Origin: Octopus sinensis
Taxonomy: Eukaryota
Direction of reading: 5' to 3'
DNA: 64,000 bases
Assembly (NCBI RefSeq): GCF_006345805.1
Contig: NC_042998.1
Span: forward strand, 126,480,001-126,544,000
Both the position numbers and the translations under genes were made by a program. How positions within the stretch are numbered: position 1 is the first letter of the stretch; each line of letters starts with the position of its first letter. The notes under the pieces were generated by a model. It saw only the letters and a list, made by a program, of their open reading frames with translations. It did not search any database and had not been told where the DNA came from. Below, piece after piece: positions 1 through 14,736 of this stretch.

Positions 1-1149
1 CTGTATTGGGGGTAGGTGCTATTGCTGGTGGTGATATTGCTTGCATGGTGTGAAGCTGCTGTTGCATCGGTGTTTGCAGTAGTATTAGTTTGGTGTCTGT
101 TTGTGTGGGTGGCAGAAGTGTTGTGGGGGGTAACATGTACTGGTGTGGTATTGTACTGTGTTGTTTTTTTGTTTTTTTTTGTTTTTATATTTTGTTTAAT
201 CCCAGGGCTGCCTTGATTGTGCATACCTGTGATCAAAGGCATTCCTACTTTGACCACTCCATAGATATAATGCACTCATGATCACAATATACAATGTGTC
301 CTTTTCTAAGATGGCAGAGTGTGATTTGAGAAATGTTTGTGATAGTAGTGGTTTGTAGTAGTAGTAGTGGTGGTGGTGTGGTAGTAGTAGTGGTAGTTGT
401 CGTTTGGCGACAGTTGTGGGTGGTAGTGTTACTACCTTGGTGATTGATTAGTGGCAGTGGTCTGGTTGGCGATTGTGGTGTTTGTACCTGCTAGATATTG
501 ATAAATGTATTAACAGCCGTGATTATTGTAAATAATGATTGTTAATGTTATATTATTGTTTAGTCCCAATTAATCCCTGATTTAACTGACCTTCGATCAA
601 AGGCATCCCCACCATGACTATCCAAACATTGTGTATCTAGCTCTACATCTATTGGTTTGTCCTTCTTGTTTGTAAACAGTAGTGTTTGTGTAATGGATAC
701 ATGGCTACTATTTCTAGCAGGTCAAGAAACCACATAAAAGCTTGATAGTTATGTTGTTGGTGTGGATGGTGGTGATGCTAACAGGCGACTGCGTGGTTGG
801 TTGGTGGATGAGTGGTGAAGAATGTTTGTACACTTCATTAGTGACTAATTAATCTCTTGCCCCACCACACTTCTAACATTAATAGTACCGTGGTTGCCCG
901 TGAAATTGCTTGTTGAATGCTGGACTGAGTCCTGTATTATCATCATTAACAGCTTGTGATAGGAAGTTATTGCTTCATTTTCGGTTTATCAATAAATGTA
1001 GTTTACTTGGAAGATGAGGCTGCAGACTGATGTGTGTATGTGTGGGGTATTTGTGTTTGTGTGGAGTGGTGTAGGCTGGGTTGTCAACTGAAGGACAGTG
1101 GAGACTGTGAAAGACACCAACTTATTGGCTGTCAAAGCTGTCATGTTGC

Positions 1150-2100
1150 CTTGTATCACTCAATCTTTCTCCCAATTTCCAAGTAATACACTAAATAAGA
1201 AAGGTTGAATGAGATATAAAAATTTGTCTCCTTCTCTTTTTTCTTCCTTTCTTCTTTTCTCTCTCTTTCTTTGCTCTCCCTCCCTCCCTTTCTCTCTCCT
1301 CTCTTTCTCTCTCCTCTCTTTCTCTCTCTCTCCTCTCTTGTTTTCTCTCTCGCCCTCTCTCCGTTTTCTTCGTCTCTCTTTGCACCCCCTTTCTCTCTCC
1401 TTGGCAACTGCTGCTGCTGCTACTGTTGCTGCTGCTACCATTGGTGCTGCTGCTGCTGCTACTGAACTTCCTCTTTTCTCTCGGATAAGAACGGAGATGC
1501 CATCATGAAATCGTCTCCCACTGCTGCTACAGATCAATACTTTGCCTTGAACTGACTTGCTTTGTTTCGCTTTCCTTTTCTCCTGTGTATCGTCATTTTT
1601 GTCTCGCCTGCCTCTCATCAGTTCTATACATTCATCTGGTGTCATTGCTCAGACGATGGACTGATGTGGAAGTATTTCTTGAGAGACTCGTCTAATCGAA
1701 CCGGTGAATAGCTTGCCTGGCTGGCTGGCTGGCTTTGTTGGCTGGTTGCTTGCTACTTGGAACTCCGACTAGCATTTTTCGATATTCTTCAGCTTGCAAT
1801 GCCACTGGTAATTGAAGGATAACATATAACATGCGTTTTGATTTTGGCAAAATATAGTCCAGCTACTAGAACTGATTGACCCTCCTTTTACCTGCTAAAA
1901 TTTTCTATATGTATCTGAGTATGCTGATGTTTTCTCATCATAAATACTTAAGGACTGTCTCATGAAGCTGTTCTACAAGAAACAACTGTCAGAGAGAGCA
2001 AAGCTGATAGGAGTTTACCATAAAACCATTTGCCTGCCAGTTCTGTTTATGATATTGATAGTCTTTTCACTGGGGTTCTAACCTCAGTTATAACTCTTCT
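1150..2100 (+). promoter_or_regulatory. Candidate promoter/5'UTR: CT-rich tract, CTG repeats and CpG-containing unique sequence upstream of the 2104 ORF
   Basis: Pyrimidine tract ~1225-1400, (CTG)n ~1407-1462, then CpG-enriched unique sequence ~1480-1840 against a CpG-depleted background. Confidence 0.35.
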
Positions 2101-2103
2101 TTG

Positions 2104-2804
2104 ATGGCGCTTGGTATCCTTGTGGCTTCCAGAACGTCGACCACGTCTTCAACGCTTTTGCGTCGAAGTTCCACTGCTTTCCAGAGGACCAACTATAAGA
2201 ACCATAGCATCTGTAGTAGCAGCAGTGGTGCCAGCAGTGGCAGCAGCAGTGGTGGTGAAAGTGTCAGCAGCAGTAGCTGTTTGTCCATGGGGATGCGGGA
2301 TCTATCGGAGGCAGATGGTTCCACAGTACGTTCCAGCTGGGTCTATGTGGAAATGAGCAATGTCAATGAAGAGGTGCCACTCTCGTCCTCTTCTTCGTCT
2401 TCCTCCTCCCCGCATCCTTTCCACCCGCTGTCATTGGAATCGAAGATCAACTTGCTGCGATGGCAGACGAAGCGGTGCTCTGTCTCGTCATGTGAGTCGT
2501 ACAGTACGGCTGGCCACAGTGTGACACGCAGCCTGAGTAGGTTGTCATTTATCGATGATGTCAGCAGTGAACTGTGGAAGGAGAACCCAGACCGGGATAG
2601 TTACAACACTTTCTCTGTGTCCGAAGAGGAGCTTACCCGGATTATAAAGTACCTGGAATCCAAGTTGGACGGCAGTCAGTGCATCAATTCTTCACTGGAC
2701 GGCTCAGACAGTGTCATCAACTGCGCATCCAATGACATAAAGCAAGTTGTTTCTCCTACGGTTACATTCATTCTAGATACTTACTGTAACATGTATCTCT
2801 TTGG
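2104..2804 (+). CDS. Candidate alternative exon (first exon from ATG 2104, or cassette from acceptor at 2088) of the SLK-like gene; Ser-rich low-complexity peptide
   Basis: ~700-nt open frame with GC and CpG content far above the flanks and not microsatellite-derived. It ends at consensus donor TGG|GTGAGT (GT 2805-2806), so the apparent TGA stop lies inside the donor. Exit phase 2 matches the entry phase of exon 57437 (GG|G = Gly). An in-frame upstream stop lies at 2059-2061. Confidence 0.65.
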
Positions 2805-4259
2805 GTGAGTTCTTTTCATAATTGATTCTTTCGTGAATGCTTCTCCATTTTGCATCTTTATCACCAACATAACCATCATCTTCACCATCATCATAATTAC
2901 CACATTTCCATTCATCATCATCATCACTGACATTACAATTGTCATCATAACATGAAACACCATCATTGTTGTCATTAGGGGTAGCAGGATTGGCACAGTG
3001 AATAGGTCACTAGACTAAATGTCTAGTATGTTGTAAAGTGTCTTATTATTTTGAGTTAGTCTTACTGTGCCTTTCATTCTAACTAAAGTTTGCTAAATAT
3101 CAATAATGTACTTTTGCTAGAATTTGGTACTTTAGAAAGGGTTTGTTGCTGAAGAAAAAGTTTTTGTTGATAATTTCTTCTGACTATGTTGGACCAGTAA
3201 TTGAAGGGAAACGATGTAACCAATTGAATTGATTTCACTCTATAACTGGTACTAATCACACAGACTTATGATTGAGGACGATCCAGTTGTGACATTCTGT
3301 TTTTTTTATTTCAGGCATTGTCTATCTAGACCTACATTATTTAACATGCCCTTTTCATTTGTTTATATTGTTTGGGATTGTAGGGTGTTTCTAAGAGAAA
3401 CTTGGCTGCTGTTTCTATTAGCCAAGTGACCACACTGTGGATTCCTCAATGACTCATTATTGTTATTGTTGTAAAGGTTGACAGAATTGGTAGGGAGCCG
3501 AACAAAATGCTTTGCCATATTTAGTTTCCTCTCTTTACACTTCAGGGCTAACTTTGCTAGTAATCCTTTCCAGTTTACTAAAATATATATCAGACAAGTG
3601 ATGGGCTCATGGAATCAATTAAACTCATTCTGCCTTCTCTCAAAATTTGTGGTCTTGTCTCAGTGTAAGAATTTATTATTTATATCATATTTGTAAATAT
3701 AGAGAAGGAAGTAGAATATAGTTGACTGAATTGATATTGGTTCTTGCCTTGTATTTTTCTTAAACCAGCGGAATAATAGGCAAGGTCAATCTTGGGATGG
3801 AACTAAATACTGTAAAGCAGTTTGTCCAGAGCTGTACTATTTCTGCCACCCCATTCTACAAATATATTACTACTTTCCAGCTTTGGTACAAGGTTACAAA
3901 TTTGTAAGGAATATAATTTATTGAATTCCTGTAGAGTCACATCACTAGTGGGATTTGAATGCAATGTGAAGTGGCATAATAAAATACCATAAAGCATTTA
4001 ATATGGCACTTTATTTATCATAATCATCATCATCATCATTTTTTTTTATGATAATAACAATGAAATGTGGAGTAAAATTAGTGGTAGAATATTATTTTAT
4101 TCTTAAATATAAAGGCAAGATTTTGTTAATTATAATGATCTACACTATGGAAAGAAAAATATTTATAAACTTTAATACATCAAATCAATTTATCATTTAA
4201 CATAAGTATTTTTATTCATTTAATTAACTTTTAATTATATTTGGTTAATTTTTGTCTAA

Positions 4260-4278
4260 TATATATATACATATATAT

Positions 4279-4335
<57 letters not shown>

Positions 4336-6237
4336 GTATATATGTATGTATATATATATGTATGTATATATGTATGTATATAGTAGTATATATGTATATA
4401 TATATGTATATAATATGTATAATATATGTATATATATATGTATATATGTATATGTATATATATATGTATATATGTATATATATGTGTATATATATGTGTA
4501 TATATATATGTGTATATATATATATATGTGTATATATATATGTGTATATATATATGTGTATATATATATGTGTATATATATATGTGTATATATATATGTA
4601 TATATATATATATGTGTATATATATATGTGTATATATATGGTATATATATATATATGTGTATATATATATATATGTGTATATATATATATGTGTATATAT
4701 ATATATGTGTATATATATATATGTGTATATATATATGTGTATATATATATATGTGTATATATATATGTGTGTATATATATATGTGTATATATATGTATAT
4801 ATGTATATATATATGTGTATATATGTATATGTATATATGTATATGTATATATGTATATATGTATATGTATATGTATATATGTATATATGTATATATATAT
4901 GTATGTATATATATATGTATGTATATATATATGTATATATATATGTATATATATGTATATATATAGTATATATATATGTATATATATATGTATATATATA
5001 TGTATATATATATAGGTATATATATAGTATATATATATGTATATATATATAGTATATGTATATTATATATATATGTATATATATGTATATATGTATATAT
5101 ATTGTATATATATATATGTATATATGTATATATGTATATATATATGTATATAGTATATATATATGTATATTATGTATATATGTATATATATATGTATATA
5201 TGTATATATATGTATATTATGTATATATATATAGTATATATATGTTATATGTATATATGTATATATATATGTATATATATATATGTTATATATATATGTA
5301 GATATATGTATATATATATATGTATATATGTATGTATATATATGTATATATATATGATGTATATATATGTATATATATATAGTATATATATGTATGTATA
5401 TATAGTATATATATGTATATATATATATGTATATATATATATGTATATATATGTATATATATATATGTATATATATGTATATATATATGATATATATATA
5501 TGTATATATATGTATATATATATATGATATATATGTATATATATATATGTATATATATGTATGTATAATATATGTATAATATGTATATATATATATGTAT
5601 ATATATATATGTATATATGTATATATATAATATTATATATATGTATATATATATATGTATATATATGTATATATATATGTATATATATGTATATATATAT
5701 GTATATATATATATGTATATATATGTATATATTATATATATGTATATATATGTATATATATATATGTATATATATTGTATATATATATAGGTGTATATAT
5801 ATGTATATATATAGTATATATATATAGGTATATATATGTAATATATATATGTATATATATATATGTATATATAGTATATATATGTATATATATATATGTA
5901 TATATATGTATATATATATGTATATATATGTATATATATATATGTATATATATATGTATATATAGTATAATATATATGTATATATATGTATATATATATA
6001 TATATGTATATTATATATATGTATATATATATGTATATATATATATATATGTATATATATATAGATATATATATATATATGTATATGTATATATATGTAT
6101 ATATATATATATGTATATGTATATATGTATATGTATATATGTGTATATATATATAGTATATATATATATGTTATATATATAATGTATATATATATATGTA
6201 ATATATATATATGTATATATATATGTATATATATATG

Positions 6238-6268
<31 letters not shown>

Positions 6269-6286
6269 GTATATATAGATATATAT

Positions 6287-6320
<34 letters not shown>

Positions 6321-6873
6321 ATATGTATATATATATGTATCTATATATATAGTATATATGTGTAATATATATATGTATATATATATGTATATATATATGT
6401 ATATATATATAATGTATATATATATATTGTATATATTATATGTATATAATGTTTGTATATATGTATCTATGTATATATATGTTGTATATATGTATCTATG
6501 TATATATATGTTTGTATATATGTATCTATGTATATATATGTTTGTATATATGTATCTATGTATATATATGTTTGTATATATATGTATATATATGTTTGTA
6601 TATATATGTATATATATGTTTGTATATCTATGTATATATATGTTTGTATATATATGTATATATATGTTTGTATATCTATGTATATATATGTTTGTATATA
6701 TGTATCTATGTATATATATGTTTGTATATATGTATCTATGTATATATATGTTTGTATATATGTATCTATGTATATATATGTTTGTATATATGTATCTATG
6801 TATATATATGTTTGTATATATGTATCTATGTATATATATGTTTGTATATATGTATCTATATATATATATATAT
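4260..6873. repeat. Very long degenerate (TA)n/(TATG)n microsatellite array
   Basis: ~2.6 kb of TA interrupted by G, with almost no C until ~6340. It produces all the Y/I/M/C/V pseudo-ORFs in this interval. Confidence 0.98.
6452..6860. repeat. 30-bp higher-order minisatellite (tttgtatatatgtatctatgtatatatatg)n with 24-bp variants
   Basis: Perfect 30-bp periodicity at 6511-6570 and 6691-6860, with shortened 24-bp units between. Confidence 0.9.
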
Positions 6874-6971
6874 AGTTGAAATTTACTTAAAAACTAGATG
6901 AAGACAGGTGTATAAACAACAAATGTATTAGTTTGATGCTTGGGAAGGTGAGAAAATCAACAGAACATACG

Positions 6972-7412
6972 TATTTATATATATATATATATATATATAA
7001 TTATATATATATATATATTATATATATTATATATATGTATATATATATTTATGTCTGTGTATATATTGTATGTGCATATATATATAATATATATATATAT
7101 ATATTATATATATATATATATATTATATATATTTGTTTGTATGTGTATATATATAATATTTCTATGTATGTGTATATATTTGTTTGTATGTGTATATATG
7201 TATATATATATTTCTATGTATGTGTATATATTTGTATGTATGCATTTATAGATATGTATTTATATATATATATATGTATGTATTTATATATATGTATGTA
7301 TTTATATATATGTATGTATTTATATATATGTATGTATTTATATATATGTATGTATTTATATATATATGTATGTATTTATATATATATATGTGTGTGTGTG
7401 TGTATATATATA
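6972..7412. repeat. Second TA-rich array including an 18-bp unit (tatatatatgtatgtatt)
   Basis: Read directly; the 18-bp periodicity spans ~7265-7380. Confidence 0.9.
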
Positions 7413-8292
7413 ATTGTTTAAAACATTTTCTGGGATTATGTTTTTGATGAAATTCACTGCCTGTTTGTTGTAATTAATTTTGAAATTAATCAGAAAATAT
7501 GGGAGAATTTATTAAAATAACCAACTTTTTCATCATTATGGAAGCAGTTCTTGTAAATTATGTGAAGAAAAGGTTCTTCCATAAAATTATGATGGTAGAA
7601 AATTTTTGTCTCATTTATTTAAAATCTGAACACTTTAAAACTGCTGGTTTTCATTTCATAATAATGGTGGGAATTAAGAAAAAAAAAAGGTTTATTTTTG
7701 AATTAATGAATTTGAATTAATTTTCATCAAGTTGAATATATATATATATTGGTCTCATTAACCCAGTGTAAATACTTATTGAGAGTGAAGAAACTTCTAC
7801 GTAGTTCTTCGATCTGCTGATATGGCAGCCCCAGCCTCTTCCTAACATCACCACCCCTTCAGATGTAAATATTATGGCTCAACAGGTTGAGGGCCACTAA
7901 TTTTTCCTTTCTATTTGGTACTTTCATAGCTGTATGTCTATTCTAGATATGTTCACTAATCAGTTGAAATATATTACGGGTGATAAGCTATTTATTGACT
8001 GACATAATTCACTGCAAGATGATAAATGGCTTTTGCATAAAATTATTCTGAGAGACTATGTAAAGCCATAGAATTTTGTTTGACAGTGGTGTTGCACAAA
8101 TGGAATGAATTTTGCAATAAATCATTATTCTTAAGGAGTAATAATATCTTGATTAACTTTTTAAAAATTATTTATATTTTCATCTTCGTGGGTGGGTTGT
8201 CTAAAAAAAATTACCTATGAAGTACTAGGAATGATTTTATTGACTACATCCCCCTCCTCCCCCAATTTGTGACATTATGTCAGTATTAGAAT

Positions 8293-8351
<59 letters not shown>

Positions 8352-8354
8352 ATA

Positions 8355-8588
8355 AAGGCAGTGAGTTGGCAGAATTGTTAGCACGATGGGCAAAAAGCTT
8401 AGTGGAATTTTGCCCATCTTTACATTCTGAGTTTACCTGTGACTGGGATCAACTTTACTTTTCATCTTTTTGGGGATTGATAAAATAAGTATCTGTGGAG
8501 CACTGAGGTTGATGTAATTGAGTTACCCCTCCCCACAAATTGCTGCCCTTGTGGCAAAATTTGAAACCATTATTATTATTATTATTGT

Positions 8589-8623
<35 letters not shown>

Positions 8624-8849
8624 TTTCTATTATTAAGACGGTAAGCTGGCAGAATCATTGGCACGTTGGGCAAAATGCTTAGCAGTATTTCACTCATCTT
8701 TATGTTCTGAGTTCAAATTCTGCCAAGGTCAACTTTACCTTTCATCCTTTCAGGGTTGATGAAATAAGTACCAGTTGAGCACTGGGGTAGATGTAATTGA
8801 CTGGCCCCACTCCACCCAAATTTCAGGCCTTGTGCCCATAGTAGAAAGG

Positions 8850-8900
<51 letters not shown>

Positions 8901-9325
8901 ATGATTATTATTATTATTATTATCATTATTATTATTTTAAATAATTAATTAATTGAAAAAATTATTAAAGTGTGTTGAAAAATGAGTGTGCATGATTAAA
9001 TGCACAGTTGAAACAATGCAGGAGTTGACTTTTCCTTATATCCCTCTAGGGTCAGCTAATATCATAATGGGAATTGATTCATTGCCTCTTTACTCAGGCC
9101 TTGTGACAGTGTAAGAAACCTGGCTGAATCATTAGTGCTGGAAAAAAAATTGCTTTGCAGTATTCCTTTCATTGCTTTAGATTCTAACTTCAATTCTTGC
9201 TGTGAATTTGAACTGAGAATGTAACTTTCCTAACAGTTTCAATAAAAGAAAATACTAGTCAAGTATTTGAGTTGATAGTATCATCTGACATGCTCCCCTC
9301 AAAATTGTTGGCTTTGTACCTAAAC

Positions 9326-9356
<31 letters not shown>

Positions 9357-9724
9357 GAGGTGGTGAGCTGGCAGAATTGTTAGCATTCCAGGCAAAATGC
9401 TTAGTGGCATTTTGTCTGTGTTTACATTCAAATTCTACTGAGGCTGACTTTGCCTTTTATTCTTTTGGGGGTTGATAAAATAAGAACCAGTTGAACATTG
9501 TAATCGACTAGTCCCCTCCCTCCAAATTTGAGGCCTTATGCCTCTAGTAGAAAGGATTATTATTATTATTCATTTGTCCTTACATTCTTAGTTCAAATTC
9601 CACCAAGGTTGACTTTGCCTTGCCTTTCATCCTTTCGGGGTTGATGTAACCAACTAGTCCCTTTCCCCAAAAAATTTTCATGGTCTTGTGCCTATTGTAG
9701 AAAGGGTTGTTATTATTATTATTA

Positions 9725-9777
<53 letters not shown>

Positions 9778-9835
9778 GGCAGTGAGTTGGCAAAATTGTT
9801 GGTGTATTGGAAAAAATGCGTGGCAGCATTTCTTG
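8355..9835 (+). mobile_element. Head-to-tail stack of tRNA-derived SINEs (family A) separated by (ATT)n tails
   Basis: Copies at ~8355-8570, 8635-8850, degenerate ~9030-9330, 9357-9560, 5'-truncated 9572-9708 and a head only at 9777-9835. Shared head aaggcggtgagctggcagaat, B-box-like gagttcaaattc, core gactttgcctttcatcctttcggggttgat and (ATT)n tail. Confidence 0.88.
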
Positions 9836-9839
9836 CCTG

Positions 9840-10015
9840 TGCTTGCTTGTGCTACGTAAAAGGCATTAAGTCCACTCTGCTGAGTGGTTGGTGTTAGGAA
9901 GGGCATCCAGCTGTAAAAATCCTGCCAAAACAGTTACAGAAGTCTGGTGCAGGCTTTTGCTTGCCTGGTTCTTGTCAAACCATCCTACCTATAGAAGGTG
10001 GACATTAAATGATCA
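9840..10015 (+). mobile_element. RTE-LINE 3'-tail fragment
   Basis: gagtggttggtgttaggaagggcatccagctgta...gacattaaatgat, homologous to the 3' end of the LINE at 50218-51797. Confidence 0.7.
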
Positions 10016-11289
10016 TATATACTATGGTTGATTCAGTCAATCATTGTCAATTAGAAGACTTGTGTGAATGAAAGAAATCTTAGAAGTGATGGTCATTGAG
10101 GTGGTAAATTATTGGACTGAATGTTTAATGACATTTAGTGTTATCTCTGTATGATCCTAAGATCAAATTTATGCAACCTCTCTTTTCAATCCTTTGTAGT
10201 CAATAAAACAAGTGACACAATATATAAAGATGTTTTATGGTCAATGGACAATTTTTTGCATGCTGGCGAATGGTATCAATTATTATTTTAGATAATTTTA
10301 TATATATATACACACACACACTCAGGGTGTGGAGAATAAACTGTTGTCTCTATTATGCAAAAATGAAAATGACACTGACATCTCATTCTAACATATATAT
10401 TTACCAAAATTACATAAAAATATCTTGAAATACTATAGAGTAAATTTATTCAATAAAATCGTTATTGGTTTTAACCACAGCCTCCAGACAACTTTGTTTG
10501 CCCCCACCCCCATGTTTTACAACCAGTGTTGGTGTGTTTACATCCCTGTAACTTAGTGGTTTGGCAAAAGAGACTGATAGTATAAGTACCAGGCTTCAAA
10601 AAATAAGTACTGGGTTTGATTCATTCAACTAAAAATTCTTCAAGGCGGTGCCCTAAAGATAAAAGATATATATATATATTGCTGCTGCTTGTTTTATTGA
10701 CTGGAGAGTATTGAAAAGAAAAGTTGAAGAATCCCAAGTGTTATGGGGGATAATGTGTTCCTGCAAATCTTGTATCATGAAATTAATTTCTCTTTTGATT
10801 TTTATGTTACAAAGTGATAATGTGTTCCAATGGAGTTTTTTGAATAAGGAATAAAAAAAGAAAATGAAGCAAAAAAACGAAAAAAAAAACAAAAACTTCA
10901 TGATCACTTTTATGCATGAAAAGAAATTTCTAAATGTACAAAGTACTATATTTATTCATAAAAACATTTGAAGAGAAATACTTTGGGGAAAAATAAGAAC
11001 CATAATATTGTAATAGACTACACTCTTACCACAAAAGAGGTTGATTATTATGTGAAGAATGGTGATAGTAGAATGAGAATTATACAAGGATGAAGGACAC
11101 TAAAATCTATCTTATAGTTCATCATCACCATCTACTTCATGTGCAGAATTGTTTGATGTTTATGATACATCATCTATTTGTTCAGCTCAGTGTAGGAACT
11201 GAGCTCATTGTAAACTCCTCTTCTAATATTCATGTAGCATTCATGATTAGTGTTGCTGTCAGCAAAAGCTTCCCGGACTTTCCTCTCTA

Positions 11290-12085
11290 AGTGCCAAACC
11301 TTTAGCAATATTCTTAGCAGTTCACTTTAGTCGAATTGAAGAAAACCTCCATATTTTTATCTGTGCTCTCAGTTTTCTCTTGTTCTCACAACATCAGCTC
11401 CTCATTAGATATACTTTTTCTACAAGTCCCTAGCAGCTCAACTATGTAATCCTCTATGATGTCTTTAGACACTATATCATTTTCAAATGTCCTAATCTTT
11501 CTGAATTTACATAGACTTTCTGTTTGTGGAAAACCTGTAAAATCATGGATACTGTCTGACCATATATTTTTTCCAGACATCATTCATAGCTGATGGTTTC
11601 ACTTCATTCTATGACTCAGCTATGTTATTCACAGCATCCATTATGTTGAACTTCTTCCAGAAGTCTCATACTATAGGTTTCATTAGAAATTTTACTTTCT
11701 TTTTTCTGTAAATCATCCTACAAACTTATTGTTTTAGTTATGAATGTGCTTATTAGTATATTATCTCAAGTTAGATTCTCAGTTCACACACCCCAGAGCT
11801 GTCCCATTTTAAGCATTGCATCAGATCTATGGAAAAAATAAGGTCTGGCATGTTAATGAAATTACTTCTTGAGCACTGGACTTAATTTTCTCTCTATTGT
11901 CACATGTTGTTCTCACTGCAGACATTGCAATCATAAAAGTTTTGGCAATGTGGTTGATGACTTTTTTTTCTAGCATCAAGCCTCTGTAAAACATCAAGAT
12001 TAATATCCAGTGTAATCTTTTTACAGCTCCTTTTTGCACTACTCCTTTCAGCCCCTTTTGATGGCTTCTCTCCAAACATTTTCCA
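11290..12085 (-). mobile_element. Fossil Tigger/pogo (CENP-B/TIGD-like) DNA transposase fragments
   Basis: Frameshifted minus-strand peptides KRSCKKITLDINLDVLQRLDA / VINHIAKTFMIAMSAVRTTCDNREKIKSSAQ match the N-terminal CENP-B-type HTH. NIMDAVNNIAES..EVKPS...IWSDSIHDFTGF...IVELL...SNEELM matches the post-DDE C-terminal part of TIGD1-like transposases. There is a large internal deletion. Confidence 0.78.
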
Positions 12086-14736
12086 CCGTAGGTACATCCA
12101 GTGGTGTACAACGGTGGTAGTCAACAATTATTCACACCAAATATGTGGTAAAAATTGTTCCAGGAAAAAACTGTTTCAAAAGAGCAAAAACTTTCTTCTT
12201 ATGATTCAGAAAATGGAAATGAGATGAAAGGGTAAAGGGGTGGGGTGATAGAAAGTACTCTATGGTTACAGTTTATTAAGAGGTTACCAGATTGATGGGA
12301 ACTTCTCCTTTGCACCTCTGTCTTAAGCCTTTAAAACTCTACATTCTTCTCATACATACACCCACCTCATTTTGTTGACATACAACATATGTCACTACAG
12401 ACATTGCTTCATGCTGATACTACTATTGTTGTTAGTAGCTGGTTATACAAAAGTTGGTGGGTAGGCAGTGGTAATAGTATTCATTATATCAGACAGTGAG
12501 GTTGGTGGTTATCATATTATTCTTGTTAATTGTATTGTTGTTGCTACTTAGTTTCAAGTCAATCATCATTTACCTAAGATCAAAGATATTTCATTCAACT
12601 TTTAAAATAATGTGGGGCTTGACATTCATATTGTTTCTGCTCTTGTTGGACATTAAGGTGGGTTGATAATGGTGGTGGTTGTATTGGTTTTGGTGTTGAT
12701 GATATATAGTGGTAATGGTAAAGGGTGATTGAGATAGATAATTAGGTATGTAGTTAAGTAGATGCACACTGTGACCCAAGAAATTATACACAAATATTCA
12801 CAATGAAAAATTCTACCTCCCACTCCATAAGTGCTTATAGGGATGCATACAGAAACATTTGTGCATGTTCACATGTATCATGATAATAAATTTTCAAATT
12901 GTTAACTACTTTGATTTTATCTAAAGCACCAAGAAGCAGCTTGTAGGCTAAGAAAATGGTGTAGTTTTTAAATTCTCAAAATCTGAGTTCCCATAACGAC
13001 AAAATTCAGACCATATTCCAAAATTAGCAGCCATACTTTACAGTTTCACTTAGTGCAACATCCTGTTAACTGAGATTATAACTGAGATGTGGTGATGCCT
13101 ATATATGTGTGTGTGTGTCTAAGCATGGGAAAGTGGATGTTAAAATGATTTTATACATACACATGTACAAAATATCAAATGTTGAATCTGCTTGGGGTTT
13201 CACCCTGGGCAACTATATGATGTCAGCAACTTTTAATATAACAAACATATCTGTTCACTCCATCCAGTGTATTGAGTTATGTATCAGATAATGTTTGAAC
13301 TATGTAAATTATATTTTTTAGATATATTTTACAACTATTGATATATTACACCTGAATATAATAAAGTAAGGTATATAAAATGATTGTACAGTAATGCTAG
13401 ATTAAATTCTTGAAAGCAATGTTTTTTCCTGTTTCAATATTGTGTGTTTAAATTAAGCTGGATTAGATTTTTGCTCTTCATATTTTTGTAAAAGAAACAA
13501 CAAAAGCCACCCATGAAAAAATACCCTGATTATTAGTTAAATACATATGGGCATTCAGCCTACTAGAAACACTTATCAAATCTCAAATTATCCTTTACCA
13601 TTGTAAAAACAGAAGGACACAATGTTGTTTCATAAGAACTATTTCTAAGGAAAAGGTTGGGTTGTCATAGCTATAATGTTCTTGAATACTTGATTACAGC
13701 TCTGATCAGCCAGAGGTAACCACCTAGGGCTAAACAACAACTACTCATAAACCAGCCTGCCTGAGACTGTCTCTGATCCTATCCTAGAAACTTCCTGTTT
13801 TAAAGTTTTAAAACTTTCCATCAAGATTTCAAGTTAATTTAAGTTTAGCTGGTTCCATACTCCAGCTTAATAATGACAAAGTTATCTATTAAATTCTTCA
13901 TTAATTTCAGAATTAATTGCAACAGAGGAAGTGTATTTCGACTGAAATATGATAATGTAAGGTTTAAACCAATCAGTTCTAACCTCTCTTCTACAATTTT
14001 CAGTTGTATTTGGCTGAAACTAATCAGTATTTAAGAATTTTATTCAATTCTGTTTATAGTGAATTCCTAAAATGAAGCTTGTTATTGAAAGATCAAGCCT
14101 TTAGAATTTCAGCTGCAGATAAGTTTGTATGCTACAGAGATATGTGACTCCTGAAATTTTGGGCCAAGCCTTTCATCATAGAAAAAACTTTACCTCTCAG
14201 ATACTGGATATAGCTTGAAACATCAGGATTCTCTTCTGTCATAGCATATGAACTTACCCAAGATAATTTTTACTTCTGCAGATTATCATTAATTTCTTCA
14301 GACTAGTTTTTTACTGGGTCATAATTCTTTATAGTTGATTCTTAATTAAAAAACCCAAAATAAATATATCTGCACAGAGCACTAAATTTACTGTGTAGGA
14401 ATGTTGTTGGTTGAATTGATAAAAGACTTACTTTACCACAATTAGGTATGACTCAAAATCTAGATTAAGACAGCTAAATACTGTTTGACATCTAGATTAA
14501 TATTCTACAATTTCTCCCATTCTACTGCCCTTAAATAGTAAAAATATCAAATGTACTGATAATTGTAAAGGACTGGGACCTTTACAACCAACAGTATCAA
14601 CTCCTGCTACCTTTGTCAGCACTGTTGATACAGCTGTCATTATCATTGTTGTCGTTGTCACCACTGCTGACACCACCACAATCATCATCATCACCATCAT
14701 CATTGTCATTTTTGTTGCCTCTACTGCTACTGCATG

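Noticed and set aside
1156-1645. Minus-strand R/E/K-rich and poly-Ala ORFs
   Set aside because: They derive from the CT tract and CTG repeat, with no recognisable domain.
6452-6860. Regular 30-bp repeats superficially like a CRISPR array
   Set aside because: The units are contiguous with no unique spacers, there are no cas genes, and the context is a eukaryotic microsatellite.
4241-7447. Many long overlapping ORFs rich in Y, I, M, C and V
   Set aside because: They are translations of the TA/TG microsatellite, which lacks stop codons by composition.
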